From the NCBI GenBank assembly GCA_051439605.1, contig JBFRWN010000032.1, positions 96,001-160,000 of the forward strand: a stretch of DNA of 64,000 bases, read 5' to 3'. Both the position numbers and the translations under genes were made by a program. The number at the start of each line of letters is the position of its first letter. Within the stretch, counting starts at the first letter, position 1. Origin of the DNA: Synechococcus sp. (GTDB lineage: Bacteria; Cyanobacteriota; Cyanobacteriia; Thermostichales; PCC-7336). The notes beneath the pieces were generated by a model that did no database searches, had not been told where the DNA came from, and saw nothing but the letters and a program-made list of their open reading frames with translations. Shown here in pieces: positions 1 to 11,409 of this stretch.

Positions 1-132
1 CAAAATAGAGAGCTTGAGATGGACGAAAAGACTTATCCTAGGTTAGAAATCTACCCCATCTTGAACCACAGTTTTACACTTTACGCAGGCTAGGCTGCAA
101 CAGTTGGATTCATGGATTGTAAAGAGGAGTGA

Positions 133-420
133 ATGATGGCAAACAAACTTGAGGCTTCCGATATCCAATCCGCCCTAGAGCAACTATCGCTTTGGACAAT
201 CGAGAATGGAAAGCTGCACAAGGAATATCGATTTAGCAGCTTTATCGAGGCCTTTGGCTGGATGAGCAGCGTAGCCCTAGTCGCCGAATCTATGGGACAC
301 CATCCCGAATGGTTTAACGTTTATAGCAAGGTGGTGGTTGACCTAACAACCCACGATGTGGGGGGGATTTCCAATCTTGATTTTGAGTTGGCTAGCAAAA
401 TGGATGAACTGGCCAGTTAG
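133..420 (+). CDS. phhB: Pterin-4-alpha-carbinolamine dehydratase
   Basis: 95 aa with HHPEWFNVY and LTTHDVGG motifs; AGAGGAG RBS upstream. Confidence 0.93.
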   Translation: MMANKLEASDIQSALEQLSLWTIENGKLHKEYRFSSFIEAFGWMSSVALVAESMGHHPEWFNVYSKVVVDLTTHDVGGISNLDFELASKMDELAS

Positions 421-478
421 AGATTTCGCAAGCTCCACATTCTGATGCAAGATGCTGGACGGTGACTGAAGCCACATT

Positions 479-512
479 AAAAGGGTATTGGGCGAGCGCC
501 CAATACCCTTTT
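479..512. terminator. Bidirectional intrinsic terminator between convergent genes
   Basis: Perfect inverted repeat AAAAGGGTATTGGGCG-AG-CGCCCAATACCCTTTT. Confidence 0.8.
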
Positions 513-637
513 GGTTATACCTGCTCTCAATTCTCAGTTAAGGCTGGTGCGTCTCAGATGGAACAATCATCTCTATGCCTAGTCAGAGTTCTGAATCGCT
601 GTGATGGTTTGGGTGAATTGTCGGTCGCTTCACCCAA

Positions 638-1288
638 TCATTCCTGAACACCGACTAGCACCATACCTTCCTGCTTCGGGCTAAACCCTTTATCAAATAA
701 CGTTTCAGCGTTATAGCGAGCCTCTCGTAGATCCGCGTGCAGTAAGATGGTTCCCCGTAAATCCGCACCGCACAACACCGCGCCTCGTAAATCCGCTCGC
801 TCTAGCGAAGCTCGTTCCAAACGTGCCTCCGTGAGAAAAGCCCCCCTCAAATTGCACCGTTCCATTCGGGCTTGGGACAGGTTTGCACGGACTAAATTCC
901 CCTTACCGATCGTAGCTCCACGAAGGTCAGCCCCTAGGAGATAAGCGGATTGGAGACTAGCTTTTGTCAGATCCGCCCCCCATAGCTGGGCTTGCCACAA
1001 ATTCGCTCCGCTCAAATTTGCCTGCGTCCAATTACTGCCCTGTAAGTGAGCTCCACTGAGATTAGTGCCAATAGCTTGAGCTCCACTTAGGTCGGAACCC
1101 TCCAAGCACGCCCCACTGAACTGTCCCCCACTTAAATCCGCCTGTCGCAGGTCAATACGTTCGAGCTGTGCTCGACTGAGCTGAGCCCGCTCAAGTTGTA
1201 TGCCCTGAAAATCACGTTCTCCGCTGCCATAGCGCTGTAGCAGTTCTTTGGGAGAAATAGAGTTAACTGAAGAATGAAATTGAACCAT
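638..1288 (-). CDS. Pentapeptide repeat protein
   Basis: N-terminal 'LLQRYGSGERDF' followed by A(D/N)LxG repeats; ORF is open to 1333, ATG at 1288 chosen as start. Confidence 0.9.
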   Translation of the reverse strand: MVQFHSSVNSISPKELLQRYGSGERDFQGIQLERAQLSRAQLERIDLRQADLSGGQFSGACLEGSDLSGAQAIGTNLSGAHLQGSNWTQANLSGANLWQAQLWGADLTKASLQSAYLLGADLRGATIGKGNLVRANLSQARMERCNLRGAFLTEARLERASLERADLRGAVLCGADLRGTILLHADLREARYNAETLFDKGFSPKQEGMVLVGVQE

Positions 1289-1565
1289 GAAAATAGGCCC
1301 CTCGATCTCGATCGGGTGGTCGTGCAAATTCAATACAAATCAAGGAATTCCATCGATTGATGGATTCCAGCTGACTCCTCAGCGTTCGATGTTCATACCA
1401 ACACGCTAATCTACCAAGCAAGGCAAATCAGCGATCTCTAATACATAATGCTGTCAAGCGAGCATTTGCCCCCAATACACAGCATTCACAAGGTATTACT
1501 CCAGCTGCAGGCATGAAGCTTACAGTTCTGCCGTACTCGGCTAGCAAAATGAATCTGCAGCCTCG

Positions 1566-1736
1566 TCAATGCAGTCTAGATTTAATGCTATGGACCTTTA
1601 GAACGCCCGAATTGGATGTTCCATAGGAGAAGTCAACACCAAGCAACACAGCGGGCAAGCATTGCGGAATCCCGTATACAGCCAGCAGGCAAAATATCAT
1701 TAAAAAAACGCCAAAAAAATGAGAGTACGAAAGCAT
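1566..1736 (-). CDS. Possible small membrane protein (hypothetical)
   Basis: 56 aa with hydrophobic stretch FFGVFLMIFCLLAVYGI, co-oriented downstream of tgt; no family recognised. Confidence 0.25.
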   Translation of the reverse strand: MLSYSHFFGVFLMIFCLLAVYGIPQCLPAVLLGVDFSYGTSNSGVLKVHSIKSRLH

Positions 1737-1937
1737 CGGCGGTAACCAATGTTCATGCTTGTGAAGACGCAAGAAGAACGAACTTACATTCCCTTTTCAT
1801 GGCGACGCTAACATCATAGAAGGTAAACTTGGGAAACGCCAAAAGATTGATAGTGTCTGCAATACAGCGTCATGTTTTGTAACGCAAAAATCTTATCCGG
1901 GGATCGCTGTAGTGTTCTATAAAAGGGCGATCCCCAA

Positions 1938-3161
<1,224 letters not shown>

Positions 3162-3264
3162 TTAATCCTAAGGATTGGGCTTTATCGTCCTACAGTACTT
3201 AGGAATTCTGGCAAGGCGCCACTTGATTGCAGCAGATATCGATATGACAGACATCAAGTAGCTG

Positions 3265-3801
3265 CTAACCCAATCTCTCTAAGCCGCGATCGAGTGTGTT
3301 GTAGTACAGTTCGCGATACCCTACCCGCAGGTTGCTATTGGCGCTATCCAGTTTGGAGGTGCGACTGCGGCCGCTGTAGGAACTGTAGACGGTGTAGCTA
3401 TCGCCATCAAAAGTGAAGGAGGACACATCAGAGAGTTCTTCTCCCCCCAGCAAAGTCCAGCGATCGCCCGCAAAGGCAAAATTGTAGTGGGCTAGATCTA
3501 GCATGGTGGAGGGTCGATCCATGACTGCATCGATACGACCCAACAGCTGCCCAGGCTCGGACTCACTGGGAGTGACATTGACTTTGATGTCCTTGAATTG
3601 ACAGGTTGCCCGCCCACAAAAGCGAATGAATTTCATATTCTCTGCAATTTTCTGCAGTCGGACAGTCGCAAGATCGACCGTGGCTAACTCTATTGAGCTT
3701 CCATCGGCCGCAGATGCGCTAGACCAACCAGCCCCTCCTCCAAAGGTCAATAAGATCGCAAGCATGACTACTTGCACATATCGAAGGAGGGACTGATACA
3801 T
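3265..3801 (-). CDS. Hypothetical exported protein
   Basis: 178 aa ORF, signal peptide ending ASA-AD, GAAGG-like RBS. Confidence 0.7.
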   Translation of the reverse strand: MYQSLLRYVQVVMLAILLTFGGGAGWSSASAADGSSIELATVDLATVRLQKIAENMKFIRFCGRATCQFKDIKVNVTPSESEPGQLLGRIDAVMDRPSTMLDLAHYNFAFAGDRWTLLGGEELSDVSSFTFDGDSYTVYSSYSGRSRTSKLDSANSNLRVGYRELYYNTLDRGLERLG

Positions 3802-4139
3802 GGAAGGTGGGCCTAATGTTAACGAATATTTCTACATTTAAGCAGAGAGGTAGACTCTATCGCCTAAGAATCATTTAGCTCCGACTCCTAATCCAGACTC
3901 CCACTGCTCAGAACGTCCTTTGGGAACTGGGACTTTGCGAAACTGATACTTTACAGATCCTCAGATCCAGGCAAAGTGTGGGTATTGAGGCACTTTCCTC
4001 AAAACTTTAGGGTGATGCACGCTTATATCTCGGCTGTTAAGCCATTGAGGATCTTCACGAACCCGATCTCCTCACTGGTTTTGATACACGATCCCCAATT
4101 AAACTACCTTCACGATAGTCTGTATTCCCAGCTCGTATC

Positions 4140-5006
4140 ATGTCTGCTTCATCACCTCAATCCAGTGAATCCAGAGGCTTAGATCGCCTGAACACTGTAC
4201 GCATCGTGCTGGTGGAACCTGCTGGTCCCTTGAACGTAGGGTCGATCGCTAGAGTGATGAAAAACATGGGGCTATCCCAACTTGTGCTGGTGAACCCCCG
4301 CTGTCATCCTCAGCAGCAGGAAGCCGTGCAGATGGCCGTCCATGCCGCCGATATATTGGAGGCGGCACGGCAGGTGAATTCATTAGAGCAAGCCTTACTC
4401 GACTGCCGTGGAATTGCGGGGACAGTGGCACGCACCCAGCCAATGGATTTTGAGCTGGGACATCCACGAACCGTGGTTCCCCCATTGCTGGCTGCTCACA
4501 ACAGCCCCAGCGCCTTGGTTTTTGGCCCAGAGGATCGAGGATTAAATAATCGGGAGTTGGGCATGTGTCAGCAGCAAATTTCCATTCCAACGAACCCCGT
4601 TTATCCGTCAATGAACCTGGCTCAAGCGGTGGGGGTCTGCGCTTACGAACTCCGCCAGGCGGCGCTCTCTTCAATGCAAGAGAAAGATGAGTACTCTCAA
4701 GACATTCAATCTCCAGCCACGCAAACGCAGGTTGCAACTCCTGCTTTTACTCAAAGGGCACCTTCGCAGGCAACCGAAGGGTTTTACAACCAACTGGAAC
4801 AGGTATTGCTGCAAATTGGATTCCTATACCCCCACACCGCCCCGCGCAAGCTGCTGAAATTTCGCAGGCTGTTCGATCGAGCGCAGTTATCGCTACAAGA
4901 TTTGGCTCTCCTGCGTGGCGTATTGCGACAATTGGCCTGGGCAGACCGAAACCTGACCCACCATTCTGCCCCACCAGATTCTGGAACTGAGCCCGATCGC
5001 CTTTAA
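4140..5006 (+). CDS. trmJ: SPOUT RNA methyltransferase, TrmJ/LasT family
   Basis: IVLVEP..NVGSIARVMKNMG, LVFGPEDRGL and YPSMNLAQAV motifs. Confidence 0.88.
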   Translation: MSASSPQSSESRGLDRLNTVRIVLVEPAGPLNVGSIARVMKNMGLSQLVLVNPRCHPQQQEAVQMAVHAADILEAARQVNSLEQALLDCRGIAGTVARTQPMDFELGHPRTVVPPLLAAHNSPSALVFGPEDRGLNNRELGMCQQQISIPTNPVYPSMNLAQAVGVCAYELRQAALSSMQEKDEYSQDIQSPATQTQVATPAFTQRAPSQATEGFYNQLEQVLLQIGFLYPHTAPRKLLKFRRLFDRAQLSLQDLALLRGVLRQLAWADRNLTHHSAPPDSGTEPDRL

Positions 5007-5362
5007 GACAGGAAAAGCCTAGACCGTTTTAATGGCTATAACCCTTTCAATTTAGCCAGCAAGATTTCTGCCCAATTAATGTCCTGTTATAACTGGGTTG
5101 CATAAACCACAAGACGGTTGCTCTTTCGCGAACCCTTATCCATCAAGCACCAGCCTTGAACTTGAAGGATCGGTTGACTCAAGTTTACTAAACCACTGTT
5201 TTTCTACAGTCTTCTGATTCGTTCTACAGCAACCCACAAAGGGATCGAGTAGGCTGAGAAGCACTTCAGCCAGCAATCCCCACATTTGATAGCTGTATCT
5301 CTTCGCTACAGCTTAAGAAATGTCAAGATCGCCGTTGATGAAAGAGAGGTGAGGAATTTACT

Positions 5363-6952
5363 ATGCCAAGCGATCGCTCTCGTCGAAATCGGCACTCTGG
5401 AGACAGACGATCTAGGAACCCCCACCTTTACAATCAGCATCCCGATGGCCAGATCTTTAGCGATCGATCTCATCACAATCTTCCATCGGATAAAACTAGA
5501 CCTGAGAGAATCAGGCCCAAAAGAACCAAGCCCGAGCTCGAAAGCGCCAGACACAAACCATCGAGAGAACCACATGCACGCGATGCCCGTGCAAGAGATA
5601 GGCGAATACAAGATAGGCGAATACAAGATAGACAACAGGGAGAGCGGCAACAAAGAGAGCGTCCCGGCGAAGAGCGACAGCGAAGGGATCTCCGACCGCC
5701 TTCTTTAAACTTGGAAGCTACCCAAGACAATCGACATGCCCAGAGCTATCCTCGCGATAACATCCGTTCTCTTAGGCCCGTCGGTTCTGACTCAAAGGGC
5801 CATTTCAATCGACCAATCCCCCGCAAACGTCCCACACAGCCCCAAGTGCCCCAATCTGGCTCTGACAGCATCCATCCTTTTTCCGATCCCCCCCCGGTCA
5901 ATTCATCGAGCCTCCGGTCCAAGCGCTCGCACTCGCATAGGTCGTCGAAAAGTAGACAGCCCCCCTCTTGGCAGGCAATCGCCTTTCAAGGATTTGTATG
6001 GAGTGTGGCGTTAGGGTTGGCCTGTGGTGTAATTGCCCGTCGGTGGGGCAGCACGCTCTCCGCACTGCCTGATGCTAGCGATCGCTACAGCACCATTTCC
6101 GCTCCAGCTCCGAACTCATTTATTGCCCCCTCCAGTACCTCCATCCGGCCTGGTTCCCCCATTGCCGAGCTCAATCAAGCACTACAGAATCTCGATGCAG
6201 AATATCCCAACCTGCAGATGGGGACCGTACTGGTGGATATCAGCCAGCGCAACTATGCGGGGCTGCGGGACCGCGAGGCTTTCCCGGCTGCTAGTACCAT
6301 CAAGATCGCAATTTTGGTGGCTTTGTTGGAGGCTGTAGACCGCTCAGAGATCAATTTAGATGAAACCTTAGCTCTCAGCCCCAACTTCATCGTGGGGGGG
6401 TCAGGCACTCTGAGCAATCGGTCCGCAAACTCGCAGGTACCTGTGGTGGAAGCTGCGGAACTGATGATTGCAGTTAGCGACAACACTGCTAGCAATCTCC
6501 TGCTCGATCGGCTTGGGGGAGTTGAGGCCCTCAATCGTCGGTTTCGGGCCTGGGGATTACAGCACACGCGCCTGCGCAATCCTCTCCCCGATTTAGAAGG
6601 CACCAACACAACCAGTCCTGGAGACTTGGCGTTGCTGTTGGGGGAGCTCGAGCGAGGGCAAATTTTGACCATGCGTAGCCGCGATCGCTTCTTCGAAATC
6701 TTGCAAACAACCCAGAACAACAGCTTGCTGCCACAGGCGTTAACAGAGGACGATAGGATTGCACATAAAACCGGCAATATCAATTCTTCTTTAGGAGATG
6801 TGGGCTTAGTGGATTTACCCAACGGCCAACGGTATATCGTGGTTGTTCTGGTCAGACGAGAAAACGGCGACCCAGAGGCTGAAACGGTGATTCGCAAGGT
6901 ATCTCGACTTGCGCGTGACTATTGGTCTAGTCAGGGTGAGGCTTCTCAGTAG
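5363..6952 (+). CDS. Class A beta-lactamase-like serine hydrolase (cyanobacterial PBP-A type) with long basic N-terminal extension and a TM helix
   Basis: SxxK (ASTIK), SDN and KTG motifs; LPD in the omega-loop position; GAGGA RBS. Confidence 0.88.
   Translation: MPSDRSRRNRHSGDRRSRNPHLYNQHPDGQIFSDRSHHNLPSDKTRPERIRPKRTKPELESARHKPSREPHARDARARDRRIQDRRIQDRQQGERQQRERPGEERQRRDLRPPSLNLEATQDNRHAQSYPRDNIRSLRPVGSDSKGHFNRPIPRKRPTQPQVPQSGSDSIHPFSDPPPVNSSSLRSKRSHSHRSSKSRQPPSWQAIAFQGFVWSVALGLACGVIARRWGSTLSALPDASDRYSTISAPAPNSFIAPSSTSIRPGSPIAELNQALQNLDAEYPNLQMGTVLVDISQRNYAGLRDREAFPAASTIKIAILVALLEAVDRSEINLDETLALSPNFIVGGSGTLSNRSANSQVPVVEAAELMIAVSDNTASNLLLDRLGGVEALNRRFRAWGLQHTRLRNPLPDLEGTNTTSPGDLALLLGELERGQILTMRSRDRFFEILQTTQNNSLLPQALTEDDRIAHKTGNINSSLGDVGLVDLPNGQRYIVVVLVRRENGDPEAETVIRKVSRLARDYWSSQGEASQ
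5597..5635 (+). repeat. 15-nt in-frame tandem repeat encoding DRRIQ
   Basis: GATAGGCGAATACAA x2 plus a partial third copy. Confidence 0.85.
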
Positions 6953-7293
6953 GCCTACAGTACGATGCCAAGCACCTACGCTTAAGCTTGTTTTAGAGAT
7001 GGCATTCAATCCGGTTGGGAGCAAAAATTAAATCCGCTGTAGGGATGGGGTGTGCCCAACAGGGGAGCGTACTACGGTTGTCCAAGACAGTGAGAACCCT
7101 TACGGTACTTGAATAAAATTCACATTAGTCACTGTTCTACAAAGAGCACAGGTCAGTTGTTTTTGCTTTACTAGAGCCTGTGTTGGGGAGTTGAAGATTG
7201 GAGGCGAAACCATATGGGCCTTCTCACCCTACGAAGATCCATTGCCACTGAGTAGGCAAGCTCTTCAAACTGCGGATATTTGGATGATTAGTT

Positions 7294-7530
7294 ATGACCC
7301 CTGCGCAGCGATTTTGCAATCGTATGGCCGAAAACGTGGAAGCATGGTGCGGTCTCCACGAAGTGGCAACGCACTTGAGAACGCTGTCACCCGATCCGGC
7401 GTCGAAGTTGATGTCTGAGCTGACTGGTTTAGAGGCTCCTGACGCGGTTCAACGATGCTTGCAATTTCTTGAACGGCACCAATTTGCTGGATACGGATAT
7501 AGTTCTAGTGGAAAGCATGACTTGAACTAG
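7294..7530 (+). CDS. Small hypothetical protein
   Basis: 78 aa ATG-start ORF with helical, protein-like composition, filling an intergenic gap. Confidence 0.45.
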   Translation: MTPAQRFCNRMAENVEAWCGLHEVATHLRTLSPDPASKLMSELTGLEAPDAVQRCLQFLERHQFAGYGYSSSGKHDLN

Positions 7531-7739
7531 ACATGACTGCGGATTGGGACCTGAGCTAAAGTTTGGGGCCATTAAAGCTACAGCGATAGCTTTAAATGGC
7601 AAGGCCGGGAAAGCCTCACAAGATCTTTTTAGTGAGGAATGTATTTTTTATGCAGGGGATGTGTTTTCGCAATCAGTATATTCTCGGTGAGCGTTCGGGC
7701 ACAATAACTGAATAGCCAAAATGACTCTCTCCACAAGCG

Positions 7740-8432
7740 ATGCATCTTTCAGCTAGCGAATGCCAGCAACTGACCGATACCGTTAGTTACCTGTTTGCCA
7801 ACGTTTCTCGCGAATCGATTGTTCATCAATTTCGCATCGAGTACGTTCGTTTGCCCAGCAATCGTGAGATTCTCGAACGGTCAGTTCACTATGAAGATGC
7901 CGTCGCTAAAGCTCAATCCATTAACCAATACTTTCAGGTGACCGGTTCCCAGCAGGCGATCTCCCCCGAACAAGTTCTAGAAATGTGGGAACGAGAAAAA
8001 AAGGGGATAGAGTTCACCCCGGAGAATATCGAACGAATTTGTCGAATTTCCCTCGATAACATTCACTTTCAGCTTCAGACAACCTCAGATTGGGCGATCG
8101 CTTGGCTGTTTACCACTCGCATCACAGCCAGTCACCTGCCATCAGACCTACCGCTTCTGCTATCGCAAATGGTGCTAGATGCTTATCGCCAGGTAGACCG
8201 CTGCCAATCGGCAGCTAACAAACCTATGCCCCATTTCGTCTGGCGATCGAAGTTTTCCAAACAGAAGGCGGCAAGACGTCTATTTGGTCTGTCGGAGAAT
8301 GCCACTTTAGATGAGGTGCGTTCCGCCTACCGTACTCTGTGCAAGCAGCATCACCCCGACAACGGTGGTTCGCAGGAGGAGTTTATCCGCGTACGCGAGT
8401 CATACGATATTTTGGCGGCTTCTGCCATATAG
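7740..8432 (+). CDS. Protein with C-terminal DnaJ (J) domain
   Basis: LFGLSENATLDEVRSAYRTLCKQHHPDNGG..F..VRESYDIL (HPD motif). Confidence 0.88.
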   Translation: MHLSASECQQLTDTVSYLFANVSRESIVHQFRIEYVRLPSNREILERSVHYEDAVAKAQSINQYFQVTGSQQAISPEQVLEMWEREKKGIEFTPENIERICRISLDNIHFQLQTTSDWAIAWLFTTRITASHLPSDLPLLLSQMVLDAYRQVDRCQSAANKPMPHFVWRSKFSKQKAARRLFGLSENATLDEVRSAYRTLCKQHHPDNGGSQEEFIRVRESYDILAASAI

Positions 8433-8557
8433 CGACTGTCAAGTCGCTGTTGATATCTCAGCTGTCCAGCCCTCTGATTGGGCAAAAGCCCTGCTATTCT
8501 GGCTGAGATTCCAACAGCTTTATGTTGGTACGAACTCACTACAATTGAGCCAAACGA

Positions 8558-9289
8558 GTGACTGTAACGCGTGAACCACATCCCTTCATATCCCCTAGTG
8601 ACAATAGGCTAATCCTGCCGTTTGCAAAGGCTGAAGGGAAAGTTCAGATGGCCCACGATCGGGAACTGTGCGATCGGGTTTTTCACAATCAACAGTCAGC
8701 TCCGATCGTCAGGTTTTACCAGTGGGCACGACCGACGCTTTCTCTGGGATACCACCAGAAACGCGATTCCTTAGGTCATATGCCAGACACCATAGATGTT
8801 GTCCGCAGACCCACCGGAGGGCGAGCGGTTCTGCATCAAGCAAGCGGTCCTCATGCGGATCTAACCTATTGCATCGTGGCTCGAGATCTTGGACTGAACC
8901 GCCGCCAAGCCTACGAGTTTCTCTGTCAGTTTTTGATCGATGGTCTCCATCGGCTAGGGATACCCGTGCAATTTGGGCAGGGGGAACGAGGATATATCGG
9001 AGAGGCAAGTTGTTTTCGCACCTCCACAGCCGCCGATTTATGCGTTCGAGGGAAAAAGATCGTCGGTAGTGCCCAGTTGTGGCGTAAGCATGTCGTACTG
9101 CAACATGGCACGATTTTGCTCAAACCCGATCGCCTTTTGTGGGAGAACGTTATCCCTGGCTCTAGCGAGAGTGTGGTTGGGATTAACGAAGTGCTAGACA
9201 GTCCCGTTACCGTCGAAGAAACGATCGCGAGCTTCAGCTATGCCGCTGAGGCTCAATTTGGTAGTAAGACTGAAACTCTGATGAGGTAA
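8558..9289 (+). CDS. Lipoate-protein ligase A / octanoyltransferase (BPL/LPL family)
   Basis: PTLSLGYHQ, VRRPTGGRAVLH, KIVGSAQ and LQHGTI motifs. Confidence 0.9.
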   Translation: MTVTREPHPFISPSDNRLILPFAKAEGKVQMAHDRELCDRVFHNQQSAPIVRFYQWARPTLSLGYHQKRDSLGHMPDTIDVVRRPTGGRAVLHQASGPHADLTYCIVARDLGLNRRQAYEFLCQFLIDGLHRLGIPVQFGQGERGYIGEASCFRTSTAADLCVRGKKIVGSAQLWRKHVVLQHGTILLKPDRLLWENVIPGSSESVVGINEVLDSPVTVEETIASFSYAAEAQFGSKTETLMR

Positions 9290-9484
9290 GCTGCTGATTT
9301 TGAAAAATGCCAATGGCGCATACAGGTAAAGGTAATTGAGCGCAAGCTAGGGCCAACTAAGGGGTAAATCCTAAAAGATCTCTCAGGTCAAGCGAGCTTA
9401 AGTGCAGGCAGTTCATTCTGATACTAGCGGAATACGCATGGAGTTGGGAACAAAATGCATTAGCTTATAGCTGCTGGCCGTGGA

Positions 9485-10174
9485 ATGACGATTGTGAACG
9501 GAAAACTATGGATTCAAAGAGCTGCGCTCCTTCTCACGGTGTCTTGCTTGGGATGGAGCCAGAGGGCGATCGCGGCTGAAGATCTTGTCATTCTGGTTTC
9601 AGGTGGCAGCCGCACCATCCCTGTGGAGGATTTGGAAACCTTTGCCGATCGGGGCCAGATGAGTCGCCAACTGGAAATCTACATCAACGACTACCTGGAT
9701 GCCACCGATGCGGAGGAATATCGCAACGGGCTGAACTTTGAGATTGAGGTGGATTTTGTTCAATATGCCAAATTTCTTGAATCCGATGCAGGCCAATGCG
9801 TTCTGAACGTCCTCGCACGCGGTATCAAGCCAACTCCCACGGACACCAGTGGAGTGCAATCGGTCAAAGCAGGACTGGTCAACGGCGCAGCTCCAGATGG
9901 CCGCCTTACCATCATTGATTTGGTGCGGAGCTACCCCAACAAAAAATTGCATATTGACACCAATGAAGTCACAGGATCCAGCGGCATTTTAGAAGGAGCT
10001 TGGGAAGATTTACGCGCCAGTATCGAGCAAGCAGGGGTGCCGGTGGAGGCCGATGCATGGGCGGGACAAACCTCCCTCGACCTCAAAGAAGTTGATTACG
10101 ACATCCTGGAAACAGCTGCTCAAGATTTGTTTTGCGAACGGTTAGCGGATCCTGTCAGTAATTCCACGAATTAG
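9485..10174 (+). CDS. Exported DUF1400-domain protein
   Basis: Signal peptide (AIA-AE); 'IPVEDLETFADRG' and 'LTIIDLVRSYP..LHID' resemble DUF1400. Confidence 0.7.
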   Translation: MTIVNGKLWIQRAALLLTVSCLGWSQRAIAAEDLVILVSGGSRTIPVEDLETFADRGQMSRQLEIYINDYLDATDAEEYRNGLNFEIEVDFVQYAKFLESDAGQCVLNVLARGIKPTPTDTSGVQSVKAGLVNGAAPDGRLTIIDLVRSYPNKKLHIDTNEVTGSSGILEGAWEDLRASIEQAGVPVEADAWAGQTSLDLKEVDYDILETAAQDLFCERLADPVSNSTN

Positions 10175-10322
10175 CCACTTGAATCTCCCTAACGATCGCC
10201 AAGACAGTAGGATTTGGCGTCTTCAGCCTTTCATGACAATCAACATCAGCATCAAGCTGTATTTGTGTTCTCAACCATCCTCTTGAAGGTGTTAAAGGTT
10301 TCATCTCGATAAGTAGTTTCCT

Positions 10323-11156
10323 ATGGATGTGCGCGCATGTTTGAGCCAAACCCAACTTCAGTGCGTTGGCGATGGCGAACTATCCCCCTTTCTGCCTTCC
10401 TTTCCCACCTCCACTCCTTTGCTGTTGTTGATTTGGCCGCAGTTGGGAGACTTCGACAGTCTGGAATATGCCTGGTGGATTCATAAGGAGCGAGAATTTT
10501 TGGATGCCCGAAATCTGTCCATTCGAGCAGTAGGGATTGGCGATCGCGCCTCGGGAGAACGATTTTGCGCATTCACCAGATTTCCAACCTCCGATCTGTG
10601 GGTGGACCCAACAGCAAACCTCCATCGCCTACTGGGGCTGTACGCAGGATTATCCTTCAAACTACCAGGGGGATCCCCGTCCACCAATGCCTATCTCAAT
10701 CTGCTGTTGATGTGCGCTGGCATTGGCAGTCCCGGTACGCTCAAAGAGGTATTTCGGGGATATCGGGGCGATCAGCAAGCCCCACAGCTCATCGAAGATG
10801 ACGAAGTTGTTAAAGCCACGCCACTTCTTCCCATCAAAGGCTCGTTTTTCCGGTTTGCTGGTGGCAAAGGCTTCCAGCGTCCCTTTGAACTGGCTACATT
10901 GCGGCTCAGAAATATGGCTGAGGTGCTGGGTCATTGGTCTGCCTATATCCCCAACGCTGCCTACCTCACACAGCGAGGGGCAACCTTCCTGTTCGATCCT
11001 CAGGGAACGCTGCTTTACGAATATCGAGCTCGCAACTTGCTCGGCTTTGCTCCCAATATGAACCAACCCCTATCGTTTCTTGCCGATCGACTAGAGCAAC
11101 AAACCAAGCAACCAGAGCAGAAATCCACATCCGACAAGACCGTCACTTTGGGGTAA
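10323..11156 (+). CDS. Peroxiredoxin-like family protein (AhpC/TSA-2 type)
   Basis: WPQLGDFDSLEYAWW, LMCAGIGSPGTL, QRPFELATLRL and TQRGATFLFD motifs of the cyanobacterial family. Confidence 0.8.
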   Translation: MDVRACLSQTQLQCVGDGELSPFLPSFPTSTPLLLLIWPQLGDFDSLEYAWWIHKEREFLDARNLSIRAVGIGDRASGERFCAFTRFPTSDLWVDPTANLHRLLGLYAGLSFKLPGGSPSTNAYLNLLLMCAGIGSPGTLKEVFRGYRGDQQAPQLIEDDEVVKATPLLPIKGSFFRFAGGKGFQRPFELATLRLRNMAEVLGHWSAYIPNAAYLTQRGATFLFDPQGTLLYEYRARNLLGFAPNMNQPLSFLADRLEQQTKQPEQKSTSDKTVTLG

Positions 11157-11409
11157 CCCATTTCTGGTTCTGCGCACGATGAAGATGTGATAGCAAACGG
11201 CTGGCTTGCGCAGGAGAGTTTCAGCTGTTGCCCACCAGCTTGTACAGTACTAAAGCTGTAACGGTGAGTTGGGCAGCAGTTATAGCTCTGCGGCCTTTTC
11301 AGTTTGGACCGCCGGATCTAAGTTCTGTACGGGTCTCTGCCACTGAGATGTCCTAAGCGACGTAAAAGTCGCTATATCTGCCAGTCAATCGAGGATGAGA
11401 GGAAAAACG

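Noticed and set aside
1334..1937. psbK, which often follows tgt in cyanobacteria
   Set aside because: No LPEAY...WQAAV-like peptide found
5286..5708. 140-aa ORF overlapping the serine hydrolase 5' end
   Set aside because: Alternative frame; the 5363 ATG has the RBS and continues into the catalytic domain
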